From positions 23,808,001 to 23,872,000 of the forward strand of contig NC_043010.1 in assembly GCF_006345805.1 (NCBI RefSeq): DNA of 64,000 nucleotides. The letters run 5' to 3'. Position numbers and translations under genes: made by a program. Within the stretch, counting starts at the first letter, position 1; each line of letters opens with the position of its first letter. The stretch comes from Octopus sinensis. Its lineage: Eukaryota. The notes below the pieces were generated by a model. It was not told the DNA's origin. It worked only from the letters and a program-made list of their open reading frames with translations, and ran no database searches. Of the stretch, positions 12,969-27,574 are shown one piece after another.

Positions 12969-13423
12969 ACTGAAAGATTAAAATTAATGAAAGGACATAC
13001 TAAATATTTAAATAACAGCGAAAACTCTTATTTAAATCGGCAAAATACACTGATGATAACTACAGAAATCAACTGCCCGAAGGCAAACGGGCAAAGAAAA
13101 TGTCCCAACGTACATTTAGGTATTTTGACTCACGCAAAGCGAATCAGTTGCAGCGCAGACTTCAACACGACAGGTTGGGAATCTCTATCATGGTAACGCG
13201 TGCTTAGGAAGTTAAGGCTATTCTTGCAAGTACAGAAACCGGTCCACGTGAGTCCTGATACTTAAATGTACGTTGGGAGATTGTCTTAGACCGTTTGCCT
13301 TTGGACGGTTGATTTCTGTCATTATTATCAGTGTATTTTGTCGATTTAAATAAATGTTTTCGCTGTTATTTCCAGCAGGTAGACATACTTATTATGTCCT
13401 TTGATTAATTTTAATCCATCAGT
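12761..13423. repeat. Two overlapping fold-back structures (palindrome 12761-13017; inverted arms 12968-13135 / 13246-13423)
   Basis: Reverse-complement matches read by eye. Confidence 0.8.
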
Positions 13424-13573
13424 TATTTAATGCTTTTTGGGGGACCTGAAATCGCCTGTATTATTGAATCTGTTATCATTTTTAAATTGGTACACTAGAT
13501 AATAAAAGAGGCAATGATATCTTCGCAAATTATTTTATTATTTTTTCTCGTGAATTATTTGCTCCGTATTGAA

Positions 13574-13605
<32 letters not shown>

Positions 13606-14858
13606 AGAAAGAGGATCCGATATATATATCGGAGGATCAACACCAAGAAGGAAGAAATATTATTTACATATATTTATTCGTGTTCCTGACAAGTAGTTAG
13701 AGGAAGGAGAAGTTCCTATCTGCCAGTAGAGCGGGAAAGTGTAAAGCATACACGGTGCTGACTAGGAAGGAAGTAAGGATAAAGTTGGCTCTGCTCTTAT
13801 TTGCTGTATGCAAATGAGTTCGTTACTGGGGTCCAGAACTCTCGTTGGAAAAAGTTTTTCGCGTCCGTGTAGGGCCTACCACGTCACGTCCATTCACGGG
13901 TGTTGCTGTAGCTCAAATTAATGAGTATCGTGTCAGGGTAGACAAATGGCGTCCCAGTAATAACGATCTCTTCCGTACTGCTAGATCCGTTTACATTTTC
14001 CATTTTATTTTCATATCACCAAGTATGTAAACTGAGGGAGAATTGTCTCTTATTTCTAGTAACGTTCAAGCGATTGCGTACAAACTAATTCATCAACTCC
14101 AAGCATGGGTGTTGCTAGAATTATAAAGTCTCATTTTAGAATTGAACAATAGCGTCCCATCTGTAAAGAACCCCTCCGTGTTTACATATCCCTTTGAATT
14201 CCATTGTATCTTAAAATTATAATGTGTGTAATCTGAAGAATATTTAGCTGCTAATTCTTGCCAATCGGAAGACCACGTACTATTTCCGTATCTAATTCAT
14301 CTTAAAGTGTTTCTATTCTATTGGAGCGGAACACCGAAATTTGTAAAAAGGGTATCGATAAATGTCATAGAAAAATTCTGAATTCCAAGAACAAAAAAGC
14401 ATCAGACATCATATTTCCCTTTTTCGCCATAATATCAGTCGATTCCAATATATCATATTTACTGTGCGTTCTTCAAATATTTATCAAAGAACATGTTTTT
14501 AGTTTCAAGTCTTTCGCTTATCGTTTATTTATCTTGACTTATTATTTTGCTAAGCTACGTATCACGTATGTGTGTTTGTGTGTGTGTGTGTGTGAGCAGG
14601 AGATGCATGATCAAAAATACATACATACATATACCCCCACACATACACACACGCACATATGTATATATACATATACACACACCACAGACACACACACACA
14701 CATATATAAATATGTTAGGAAAAACATGACTATATAGATACGTGTGTATATGTCTTTCTTCACTCAACATACACATGTATATACTTATATATGTATGTAG
14801 GTAAGTGTATGTTAATGTCTTATTTTCTTGTTACATTCTCGCACAAATATTTATAAGC

Positions 14859-14937
<79 letters not shown>

Positions 14938-15089
14938 GCATACATATAGAAGAGAGAGATAGGGGTGAGAAGGAGGAGAGGGAGTGGGAAATAGAGGGAG
15001 AGAAAGATACGTACAAACATACATATATCGACAGACAGATGTACATATATAAACCTATATATATATATACATATATATATACATACATA

Positions 15090-15120
<31 letters not shown>

Positions 15121-15134
15121 GCATATATATTATA

Positions 15135-15181
<47 letters not shown>

Positions 15182-16434
15182 ATATTATATATGTATGTAT
15201 GTATGTATGTATATATATATATATATATGCATTCACACACACACACACAAGTGACGATTATTATTTTTCTTGACATAAATGCTTTTCGTCATCAACACAT
15301 TCTGTACACCATCATCATCAACAACACTACCACCATCAACATCACCGTGACCAGAAGCCCCCCTCCACCACCACCACCACCACCACCACAACGTTTCCTC
15401 GTGATTGTTGGTTTCACTGTTTGTATACTTACTTCGCTTTTACTATTTTTCTTTTCTATATTTCTTCATTTTTCCATGTGTGTGTGTGTGTGTTATTTTT
15501 GTTGTTTGTCAGGGGTGTATGGGTGTGGGAAGGTGGGTGTGTCCTTGTTTTCCTTCTTTTTTCAATATCTTAATATTGATCTCTGCGTCTTCTATTTGCC
15601 AGTTGATTGATTACTTGACAATCCCAAATGGCTGCCAGTCGCTACTTTATTTTTACTTACATACGCAACCCCCACCTCCCCACACACACACACTATACAC
15701 CCCCACAACCACCACAACGGCGACGACCACCACCATCACCACCACCAACAACAACAACAACCATCGCTAGACAGGCATTACACCACAACGTACCACCATG
15801 AAATAAATGCTACACAGTTATCAGTAAGAACAGTGAGATGATGATTAGAGAAAGACCAGACACATACGCACGCGCGCATGTGTGTGTGTGGTGTGTGTGT
15901 GTTTGGGGAGGTGTAGTTCTTCATTCTTGCATTAGACCAGCGATTATTATCTACAGTAAGTCTTTTATTCATTGTGTATCTTCATTGTTCTCACATTTTT
16001 CTTCGCTTGTCATTCTTGCCTTCCATAATTCACTTTGATGTTTTTTTTCTTTTTTCTTATGTTGTTGCCTTTATTTAATATACTTACAAACACACACGCA
16101 CTAAAGTAGAAAGACAGACTCCAACTAGCAATCACGTAGCACAAACACACACACACAGACACACGCTTATATGAATATGAAAATATGTATGTACACATAA
16201 GTGTGTGACCAGTATATATATATATATGTATGTATGTATATATATATATATGTATATATATGTATATATATATATATATACATACATATACATATATATA
16301 TAAACATGTATATATATATATATGTATATATATACATATATATATACATACATATACATACATATATATATATACATGTATATGTATATACATGTATATG
16401 TTATATGAACCTATGTATATATATATATATATAC

Positions 16435-16466
<32 letters not shown>

Positions 16467-16669
16467 GTTGATTCGTTAGCTACTGCACGCATTTTTTTTC
16501 TCTCCTTCTTTCTGTGTTTTTCTCTCTCTGTGTATCTTTCTGTTGAAGAGCGTAGGCTCGAAACGTTAAAGACTTGTTTTATTTATATTTCCTGAGCGCC
16601 ATACTAATACAATTGTTCGTTTGTCGTCCACCTGCCTTCGTCTTTTGTTTATTTTCATAAAGCTTCCCG

Positions 16670-16714
<45 letters not shown>

Positions 16715-17094
16715 ATATATATTATGAATCTATGTACATGTATGTTTGCATTATGCATATATATCTGTATGTATATATGAAAACATTTCTTTCAGGAACT
16801 AATTAGGCCACTGTCAAACCAAGGGACTCCAATCATTTAGTTATTATGGTACACAAGCATATATCTTTCAACATACAGACTTACATACAATAAATGCACA
16901 TATACATAATTTGTTTTTACTATTTATGTGTGATTCTGTTGTTCTAGCTATCATTGTTCTTAAAATTTTGCTGTTGTCCTTGTTTTAGCTCCAGTTAAAT
17001 TCTAATCGATCGGGGAATCAGCCAAACGTATTGCAGCTGTGAAAATTTAGTCTATTTGTTATTTTCAAGGTCCAGTATAATATAATATGGTCGA

Positions 17095-17510
17095 AGGCCC
17101 CATTCTACAGAAAGCGAGCGAACTCAGAGGAAAAGTGACAAAGGAGACTCCAGGAAGCGTTTCAAAAACCAACTTACCCAGGTAACGTTATATACTCCAG
17201 GATGAGAGCGAGTCGCAGAACAGTGGTAGAGCAAGACTACATCATGACTGCATCGCGACTGTATCGAGATTGTATCAAGACTGCTGTGAGCAATTCTGAG
17301 AGGGCCAGAGAAAATGCAGCAGAAAAGAAACGCCGAATGAGGACAAAGTCCCTCGTCCCTCATTAGATTCTTGCATACATATTTGCCCCAAATGCACCAG
17401 AGCCTGTCGTTCAAAGATCGGTTTCCATAGTCACTTAAAGGCTTACCTTGCTTCTCCATGATCCTCCAACGCAAAGAAATTGCCATCATCTCTCATCATC
17501 ATCATCATCA
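17095..17510 (+). mobile_element. Degenerate 3' end of an RTE-clade LINE
   Basis: Remnant peptides ..SRKRFKNQL.. and ICPKCTRACRSKIGFHSHLKA (C2H2-like C-terminus), then a short UTR and a (CAT)n tail. Confidence 0.6.
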
Positions 17511-18489
17511 TTCGTAACATGTGCAGCGTTCGAAGATTATGGTGATATGATTATTATTTATAGCAGACCGACCGATCTTGTGCAGACTTGTTCTTCGGTT
17601 TCTTCATACTTGTTATTGTTGTTATAGTTGCTCCTCTTGTTGTTGTCCTTCTTCCCGTTACTTTAACCATTTCTGTTTCCTTTTACAAACAAAAACTTTA
17701 GCGCCATCGTTTTGCTCTACAATTCCTGTATTGATACAAGTTGTTACTTTGCTATTTGTTCCTTCCCAGCTTTATTTTAAGATCTCACAGACTGCACCGT
17801 TATTTTCCTGTTAAATATTTCAATTGTTAAGCTATACAAATAATAACTTACAAAGTAAAATTACTCGACATTTTCTCACACTTAACGCCTTTCATTTGTC
17901 TACAAGTACTTACTACAAATTTGTTTCATATATTCTTAATTCATTGTCAAGTGTTACGCGGTTACGCCCCTTTGTTTCTATTTAAGTCATTGCAACAACT
18001 GTTTATTAACGGCTGACAAAATTACCTTAAATGAACAAAGACAGTTCAAACAGACAAGGAAACAGAAATGAAATTTTATTTCTTTTATTCTGGTTAGTAT
18101 GGTCGGCTTATAACATTGGCGTTGCATTTGATAAATAAATATTGTGATGTCTCAGCATTAAACTTGCTGCACACGCACACACACATACCGTATTATATAT
18201 TATATTTCCACGATGTAAATATTTGTGTATGTATATATATGGTTCAAATGTACAGAAAACAAAACACAGAGACAAGCGAAGGAATAATAAGGAGGTGTAT
18301 TAGTTTGACACTCGAGGGAAATGGAAAAAGACATTGACGTTTCGAACCTACGCTCTTCGACAGAGAGGGACGAGGTGGGGAAATGGAGAGATGAGAAAAC
18401 GGAGAGAGAGAAAAAAGCGTCTGGATAACCAGCTCCGCATGTTGAAATGCGTGTGTGTATTTGTATGTACAAATACATATATATAATAT

Positions 18490-18680
18490 TCTTCTCTACG
18501 CTAAGCACAAGGCCCGAAACTTTGAGGAAGAGGAACAGTCGATTATATCGACTCCAGTATGCAGCTGGTACCTTATTGACTCCGAAAGGATGAAAGGCAA
18601 AGTCGACCTCGGCGGAATTTGGATTCAGAACGTAAAGACAGACGAAACACATTTCGCCCGGCGTGCTAACGTTTCTGCCC
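18490..18680 (-). mobile_element. Family A SINE (tail type 2)
   Basis: CGAAAGGATGAAAGGCAAAGTCGACCTCGGCGGAATTT is the reverse complement of the central domain. Confidence 0.75.
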
Positions 18681-18854
18681 TTCATATATATATAATATTT
18701 TCACACCATTGGTTATGGCGATAAGTGCACCAGTTGATCTGATGAACGGAACAGCTTGGTCGTGAAATTAGGGGCTAAGTGGTTAAATATTCCTCAAACA
18801 CCCGTACTTTTAACTAGGTTTTTGGAAAATATAAAAAAGAAATTCGTCAGTTTA

Positions 18855-19262
18855 GGCGGCGAGCTGGCAGAAACGTTAACACCTCAGGCGAAATGCTTAG
18901 AGGTATTTCGTCTGCCGCTACGTTATGAGTTCAAATTCCGCCGATGTCGATTTTGCTTTTCATCTTTTCGGGGTCGATTAAATAAGTACCAGTTACGCAC
19001 TGGGGTCGATATAATCGACTTAATCCTTTTGTCTGTCCTTGTTTGTCCCTTCTATGTTTAGTTTTTGTGGGTAATAAAGAAATAGGTATTTCGTCTGCCG
19101 TTATGTTCTGAGTTCAAATTCCGCCGAGGTCGACTTTGCCTTTCATCCTTTCGGGGTCGATTAAATAAGTATCACTGGGGTTGACATAATCGACTGAATT
19201 CGTTTGTTTGTCCTTGTTTATCCCCTCTGTTTGTAGCCCCTTGAGGGCAGTAATAAAAATAA
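18855..19262 (+). mobile_element. Family A SINE, full copy followed by a 5'-truncated tandem copy
   Basis: GGCGGCGAGCTGGCAGAAACG head, two central domains, two Tx1-like tails. Confidence 0.85.
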
Positions 19263-19687
19263 GAACGTGAGTATCAATATTGAACACGAATAGTCAGTTT
19301 GATGCACGTGAGACAAACAGAACGGAGGTGTCGTTATCAGCGGATGTGGGTGGCTTGAAAAGTAGCGGGGTGCATCCCTTTTATATATTTTAGCCTCTTA
19401 CTATGACACATATTGCATTTCATCCTTTCGGGGTCGTTAAAGTAAGTACCAGTTGGGCATTGGAGGCGTTGCAATAGACTTAACCTACGCCCCCCTCCCG
19501 AAATTACTAGTCTGGGACCTAAATTTTAAACCAATATTTGTTTCAGCTCTCAAATACTAATGAGGTCAACCTTGTCTTTGTTTTCCTTTTGGAATCGATA
19601 AAACAGAATCGATAAAACCTGTCAAGTACAACAATCAATTTTATCGTCTGCCCCACCTCGTTGAATATTTCTGAATCTTTTACTTAA

Positions 19688-20522
19688 CCCATTCACTGCC
19701 AAATGTTTTTTTCATATTCTTTGGCTTTGCCAGGTGTCTTGGGAGTTAAAATAACATACGATATTTCAATTTTCTTCTTATGTAGAATATTTTGGAAATT
19801 TTTTGCAAAAGTCCCAAAAGGGGAACGCAAAAAAAAAGCATATTTATCCTTTTCTATTCAATTGAAATAATAAACAACTTTTTCCTTTTCCTTTTTTTTT
19901 TTTTGAATCTATAGTATCAAATACGAATGTGTACGAAATATCAATGAATGATATGGATGGGAAATGCCAAAACAAAAATGAAAATTTTCAGTTAATATTT
20001 TTGTAATTCAAAAATTGCGATTTATGACAAAATTTCTAAAATTAGCCAGAGCTAATGATATTTTTTGTCGCCTTTTTCAAGCCTATCCAGGCTCATGGGC
20101 TCGGTTTCCCGGTTTCTTTGGCGTATGTGTTCCCCCCAGCTGGGCGGGACGCCAGTCCAACGCAGCGTTACTCAAGAAAGGACGATAGAATGAGAGAAAG
20201 TTGTGGCGAAAGAATACAGCAGGGGTCACCACCACCCCTGCCGGAGTCTCGTGGAGCTTTTAGGTGTTTTTGTTCAATAAACACACACAACGCCCGGTCT
20301 GGGAATCGAAACCGCGATCCTCAGACCGCGAGTCCGCTGCCCTAACCACTGGGCCATTATGCCTCCACAGATCTAATAATGAGAATCTTTAATTACTAAA
20401 TACTGTTAAATACACCTCTGCAAATGCAATGGACATAAGCAATTCACTTTAAATACAACGAACAACCGGCAAGGAAACCGTTTTCAGTAGATCCCCAAAT
20501 GGGGCTCATGGCAGGCAATAGG
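19688..20522. mobile_element. Possible piggyBac-type non-autonomous element containing a nested SINE
   Basis: TTAA|CCCATTCACTGCCA ... TGGCAGGCAATAGG|TTAA: imperfect 14-bp TIR with TTAA flanks. Confidence 0.45.
20066..20367 (-). mobile_element. tRNA-derived SINE, family B, near full length
   Basis: Minus strand shows A box TGGCCCAGTGGTTAGG and B box GGTTTCGATTCCC, with the same tail as 9938-10135. Confidence 0.85.
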
Positions 20523-20832
20523 TTAAATTATAAATAATTATTTAGGGCGTTACCTGTCAATTACTGGTATTAATGCTGTCGACTGACTATCTTCTTTCAT
20601 AACATTTAGATTTCTGCCTAAATTTGAAACGGGTAATGGACTGGCAGAATCCTTAGAATTTGGGACAAAATGTATCATCGATCCCTACAATCTGAGTGCA
20701 GATACAACCAAGGTCAACTTTGCCCTTCAGTGTTTCGTGGTAGTGGTGGTGGTGCGGGTAAGTACTTGTCAATTACTAGGGTCAACGCAATTGGTTTTCA
20801 CCCTCTCCTCCAGATTGCGCCAAATTTAGTGT

Positions 20833-21110
20833 GAAGGCGCGTGGCCTAGTGGTTAGGCTTGCGACAATCCCGATCGAAAGATCGTGGTTTCGATAGCCAA
20901 ACCGGATGCATGTTGCGTCCTTGAGCAAAACACTTCATTTCACAGTGCTCCAAACCACCTAGCTGTAAATGGGTAACCCTGTGGCGGAATAGCCGTCAGA
21001 TCAAGGCTAATGTTAGCCTGTCTGCCTGTCCGCCTAGTCAGCAGGGTGGCATCGTTGAAAAGCTAAGTGTGAAGCTCACTGTGACCAGCGATCTATGACA
21101 ACATCTTATA
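20833..21110 (+). mobile_element. tRNA/CORE-type SINE, degenerate
   Basis: GGCGCGTGGCCTAGTGGTTAGG (A box), GGTTTCGATAGCC (B box), GTCCTTGAGCAAAACACTTCATTTCAC (CORE-like). Confidence 0.7.
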
Positions 21111-21340
21111 AACTGGTCATGTGATCACGTGATGATTGTTAAACAGTAGTTATAGTGCAGCCTCAAGTGAGTCTTCGTTCACATCTAGGATCAAGTTCAT
21201 TCCAGTCATGACGAATAGGTCAGTTGTACATCGAACACCAGATCGTCCTTTCTGGCTATTTCTTTTTTTCTTTTTTTTCTTTTTTTTTCGTCTTTCCCGC
21301 TCGAAGATGTGATTTGAGGCAGATTTTGTCTGCTATCTTT

Positions 21341-21381
<41 letters not shown>

Positions 21382-21388
21382 TAGTAGT

Positions 21389-21460
<72 letters not shown>

Positions 21461-22010
21461 TTTGGTAGTAGTAGTAGTAGTAGTAGTAGTAGCAGCAGCA
21501 GCAGCAGTGGTGGTGGCGGTGGTGGTTACCGCAGCCGCCAACACCGCCACGTATTGTTCTCGCCGTCATCTTCGTCGAAAGGCATTGCAAACTTCACGGA
21601 AAGCAACCTTGCATTGTCACCGGAAGTACATGTGGCGCATGTCAACTATGCTTCATTAGCGTAAGAAGAACATGACTCTATGGAAGTACGTTTGCGTTCA
21701 AACACATCTCTTTGTTATCTTCGTTCACCATCCACAGTCATTTGCCTTGCCTCCTTCATACATTTCTTTCGCTCACTCTCTCTTTCTCCCTCTTTCTCTC
21801 TCCCTCTTTCTCTCTCCCTCACTCTCTCTTTTCTCAGTCTTTCTCCCGTCACTCTTATTCTGTCTACATACGCATTTATCTATCTATCTATCTATTTATC
21901 TAACGATATCTCTTTCTCTTTCTCTCTCTCTCCCCCTCTCTCTCTCTCTCTCTCTCTCTCTCATTCTCTGCATGTATGTCTATCTATCTACCTACCTACC
22001 TATCTCTCTT

Positions 22011-22051
<41 letters not shown>

Positions 22052-22170
22052 TCTTTCTCTCACTACCTCTTTATCTCTCTCTCTCTCTCTATTTATCTAT
22101 ATCTATGTATCTATGTATCTATCTCACTCACTCACTCCTCTCTCTCCTTCTCTCTCTCTCTCTCTCTATC

Positions 22171-22202
<32 letters not shown>

Positions 22203-22760
22203 TATATATATATATATATTATATATATATAATATATTAATATATATATATATCGTATATATATATATATCTGTCTAACGCCCTGTTCCTCTCTCCTCCC
22301 TATCTTTCTCTTTCTCTCTCTCTCTCTCTATTTATCTATCTATCTATCTAACTGTCTATCTATCTATCTAGTTGTCTGTCTGTCACGTACGTACAGACTT
22401 TCACTACTCCATTCTATGTCCATCGCTAAGGCTGCCTCTTTCTGCATTTTTCTCATCAGTTCTAAAAGTTTTTTCTCTCACTGGCATGGTATAGCACTTG
22501 TCCTTCTCTCTCGTCTCCCTCTCTCATAAAACACATCACGCTCGCACACACACACACACACTCCTTCTCTCTCTTTCTCCTTCTATTTCTCCCGCTCTCA
22601 CACCCTCTCTCTCTCTCACACACACTCGTACACACTTCCTCTTTGTCACTTAACTGACGTGATATACTTTCCTCTCTCATCTGCGGTGTTTTACTGTTAC
22701 TCTCCTCTCTTCAAATCACACACTTCACACACACTCTTTTCCCTCTCCCCTCTCTTTCCT

Positions 22761-22791
<31 letters not shown>

Positions 22792-24159
22792 TTTCCTTCT
22801 TATTCTCTCGTTACCCCTCTACCTCTCTTTCACTTTCACCTTTTCTCTCCTTCGTACAGTATATTGAAAATTGCACTAAATGTACCGAATTTTCGCAAAA
22901 CGCACTGTTACGCTTAATTCCAACGTTGGAAAAGAAAATATAAGACAAAACAAAAGAAGAAAAAAAAATTGAAATCACGTTGCCAAACTTTCAAAGTTTT
23001 TCTTCACTCCGTTGTAAACAGGTTCGTAGGAAAAAGGGAAGGATAAAAAAAAAACGCCCAGACGAATAAAATAATCACAATAATAATAATAATAATAATA
23101 ATAATAGTAATAATAATACTAATAATAATGTAAGAAGAAGGAGGAGGAGGAGAAGAAGGTGGAATAGGAGGAGGAGGGGGAGAAGAAAAAGAAGAAGAAG
23201 AAGTTGATGATGATGATGATGATGATGATGGAGGTGGTGATGATGATGGTGAAAATAAGAAAAAGAAGAGGAGTAGGAAATGGGAAGTAGAAGAAAAAAA
23301 AAGAAGGAGAAGAAGAAGAAGAAGAAGAAGAAGAAGAAGAAGAAGAAGAAGAAGAAGAAGAAGAATGATGATCACAACGACGACGTCGACGATGACAATG
23401 ACCACGACTATGGTGATGATAATGATGATGATGATGATTATGATGACGATGATGGTTATGGTGATGATAATGACGACGATGATAAAATAATAACGAGTTG
23501 TTTTATATATATATATACTTTTTGGGGTCTATTTTGATTTATCATGTTTGCTGTATATTATTTGTGTTAAATATAATGGTGTCATTTTTTTCCATCTTAT
23601 AAAATGTATTTTATTTTCTAATTTTTAATTTTGTTTCAATTTATCTTTGTACGTTTGTTGTTATTTCGACAAATGAGAACCAGTGAATGAGTAACGCATT
23701 TAAAGGTTTCTGAAGGAAAAAAAAGAAAATAGGAAAAATGAAAAGAAATTCTGCTGAAAGAATTGTAAACGTAGTCAGATTTTTGGGAGAATATGTTCAA
23801 ATTGAAGGTGTATGTGTATGAATGAGTAACGAAAGAAAGAGAGGAGAATGAGCGAAAGAGATTTTGGTGTGTGTATGTGTGTGTGTGTGTGTGTGTGTGT
23901 AAAGAGAGGGGGAAAGAGAGAGTGTTGTGTGTGCGTGAATGAGTGAGGTTGAAAGAGACAGAAAAGGTACGAAAATAGAAGGATCAGAGGGAAGGAAAAT
24001 CAGCGAATGAGATAGAGGAGGAGGGAGCGAGAGAGAAAGAGAGATAGCGAAAATGAAAGAGCGGACCCAAACAGAATTTTAAAAATGAGAATGAGAAGTA
24101 AATAAAGAATCTATATAAAGAATATATGTACACACCACACACACACACACACACACACC

Positions 24160-24223
<64 letters not shown>

Positions 24224-25239
24224 TATATAACAAAACATGTATATGTAAATACAGATGTATACATTCACACATATATACATACTAGACACATCCATACACA
24301 CGCACATACACAGATGAATGTGTTTGTGTGTGTGTACCAATGCTGAAAAATCTTACGAAAGGGGTTCTAAATTAAAGAGAAAAATGGATACACTTTTTCG
24401 CCATGAACGCTCGTAAGAAAAAGCATTTTTTGGCAGGTTTCGTGAGTCGCAAAAGTGCGATACGTTTTACCTGGTATTTTCCCTTTTTCATTCCTTCTTT
24501 CTTTGTTTCTTTGTTTCTTTTTTCTTTCTGTCTTTCTTTCTTTCCTTCCTTCTTTTTTGTATGTTTTATTCTAATTGTATTTTTCCACTGCTCGTAGTTA
24601 GTCCTTTTCTAAACCATCTTCTAGGTCTTTTCTACAAGTGCCAAATGGAAGGTGGAAGATGGAGAAATTGGTAAACGAGATAAAAGGAACTTTCTGTTGT
24701 GTTCTGTTGTGAGAACTAGAAATGTGATACACCTTGGGGGCAAAAAAAGTGAAAAAGAAAAAAACAAGAAGAATTAAAGAAATTGCTTGGCAAGATAAAA
24801 GCAACGAACACGTGATGATTTGATGGATCGAAGCAGGGTGAAGACGAGGGCGGTGGTGATGGTCGGAGGAGGAGGAGGAGGGGGCGAGGAGAGGCGGGAA
24901 GGGGGAGGGGAGGAGATGGAGGAGGTTGAGGAGGAAGCAGAGGAGAAGAAAGAAGAGTGGTTTTTAAGCATAGAAAGATGAGGTAGTTAAGGCTTCTGGA
25001 AGAATCAGATAGGTTGATAGAATGTTTAAGAACGAGAGATCGCAGAAAATGATATAGAAACACAAAACGATTGTTACGTCGAAGTGAATGAAAAAATTCT
25101 GGGGGGAAGGGTGGGGGGAAATTATATTTAAAATTAAATTTAAGAAAGAAAGAAAGAAAGAAGGAAACGAGACATACATCATAAAGAATATTCCCCTTCT
25201 TCAGTTGTCTCTGTTTCATCTACTCCGCGTTTCGAAGTT

Positions 25240-25645
25240 CTGGGGTCGAGTTTTTTCGACTAAAAAGGCAAACCAACCCCAAGATTTATTCTTTGTAAGC
25301 CTAGTACTTATGCTATCAGTCGCTTTTGCCGGGGACGTAAATACACCAGCATCGGTTGTCATGCGATGTTGCGGGGATAAACACAGACACACAAAACATA
25401 TATACACACACATTATACATATATATATATATATCTATATATATATATATTATATAGATATATATATATATACATACATATATATACGACGGGCTTCTTT
25501 CAGTTTCTGTCTACCAAATCCACTCTCAAGACTTTGGACTGCCCGAGGCTATATAGAAGAAGACACTTGCCCAAGGTGCACAGTGTGGGACTGAACCCGA
25601 AACCATGTTGTTCGTGAGCAAGCTACGTACCACACAGCCACTCCT
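25240..25645 (-). mobile_element. tRNA/CORE-type SINE, family C, with internal (TA/CA) microsatellite
   Basis: Minus-strand head AGGAGTGGCTGTGTGGTA, GGGTTCAGTCCCAC (B box), CCTTGGGCAAGTGTCTT (CORE-like). Confidence 0.8.
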
Positions 25646-26154
25646 ACACTAATAATATTTTATTTTAAAAATACAATTGGATATTTTTAAACATCGAATG
25701 TCTATGGGGTTCCATCATTAAATAGGAATCAAAAGTGTCGGCGGCCCAAAAATAGTTGAAAATCCCTGGTATAACTGGAAAAACCAGAACGTAGTCCTGG
25801 AGCTTACACAATCAGGGACTTGAGTAGGCTTGGTACTCAACAGGACTGTTGTAAACTAGTTTATATAGGTTAACACATTTTTAGCCTGTCTTCTCTGTGC
25901 AAATGATTCCATGCTGGAGCAGCAATTTTACAAGAAAAGAGAGATGAATGAATTATCGATTTTGCCACAAATTTATATTCACAGACCTACCAACACACTA
26001 ACTCACGCGTCGATAGATAAGAATACATGTGTGTATATACATACATGCATATATATGTGTATATATATACATGTATGTATATATATATATACATACATAT
26101 ATAATCATATGAAAATATACTGACATACATATATATATATATACACACCAAATA

Positions 26155-26391
26155 TGTAGATTCATATTTATTTATATATATAGACATATATATAAATATA
26201 TATATATATAAATATATATATGTAGATTCATATTTATTTATATATATAGACATATATATAAATATAATATATATAAATATATATAGTTATTCATATTTAT
26301 TTATATATATAGACATATATATAAATATATATATATATAATATATATAGGATATTCATATTTATTTATATATAAGACCTATATATAAATAG

Positions 26392-26410
<19 letters not shown>
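26155..26410. repeat. ~65-bp AT-rich minisatellite, four decaying copies
   Basis: ATTCATATTTATTTATATATATAGACATATATATAAAT recurs at about 26160, 26226, 26290 and 26353. Confidence 0.75.
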
Positions 26411-26422
<12 letters not shown>

Positions 26423-26480
26423 AATATTAATATATATATATAAATATCATATATATTATATATATTATATATAAATATTA

Positions 26481-26513
<33 letters not shown>

Positions 26514-26619
26514 TATATATATAATATATATATATATATATTAATATATATATTTATATATATATATATATATATATAATATATCTATATATATATTAAA
26601 TATATATTATTATTATATA

Positions 26620-26657
<38 letters not shown>

Positions 26658-26666
26658 AATATATTA

Positions 26667-26725
<59 letters not shown>

Positions 26726-27574
26726 TATATATACATAATATCATACTATTATCTGTTTTGCAACGACCTAGATTTTTCCATATTCTTTTAAATTGCTTTT
26801 TTTAACTTAAAAATTGCTTACGTATTCTTTTTTCTTATATTTATTTAGGATCGATAATATTTAAAATATTAATTCTCCGCAATTATTTGTCAACTGGTAA
26901 ATTGAAGAGTACATTTTTTGACAGTAGATATAAATAAAATAGCAATAAATATATGACAATTGGCTATTATTAGTCTTATATCGAATTACCGAATCATTTA
27001 AAACCCCCATTGTATTGAACACAGAGTTTAAACGAACGGAGCAACATACTCGCTCCGACTAAAATCTGACGTCATTGTGCGTGGTTAATCTCAATGTGAT
27101 AATGGCCGATGTAATTGTTCGTTGGTTTCTGGGTTGAATATTTTATTCAAGTTTTATCGTATAAAGAGCGGTAGAAAATGAATAAAAGAGAGGTACAGAG
27201 AGAGTTAATATAAGAGGGGTAGGATAAGGACTCATGCGAGATATGGTTACTTGCGATACTGTCTTTTTAAAAAAATTAATAAAATACATGGTTTAATTTT
27301 TTGAAATGAAATTTTGCAGAAGTAGTTTTCGATGTAGCAGATTGCGATGTTGGTGATAAAAGTTAGAAGAACATTAACATATTCTTTTATTCTTTTACTT
27401 GTTTCAGTCACTTGATTGCGGCCATGCTGCAGTACCACCTTTTTAGTCGAAAAAATTCGACCCCAGAACTTATTTCTTTGTAAGCCTGGTATTTAGTGTA
27501 TCGGCCTCTTTTGTTGAACCGACAAATTACGGGGACGTAAACACACCAACATCGGTTGTCAAGCGATGGTGGTG

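Noticed and set aside
13050-13075. CTGATGA...GAAA in the fold-back arm
   Set aside because: No stem II or III pairing, and the opposite arm lacks the core.
13601-13995. Possible short solo LTR (TGTA...TACA)
   Set aside because: No target-site duplication and no second copy to define the ends.
20290-20367. tRNA gene
   Set aside because: A and B boxes are present but belong to a SINE head; no complete cloverleaf.
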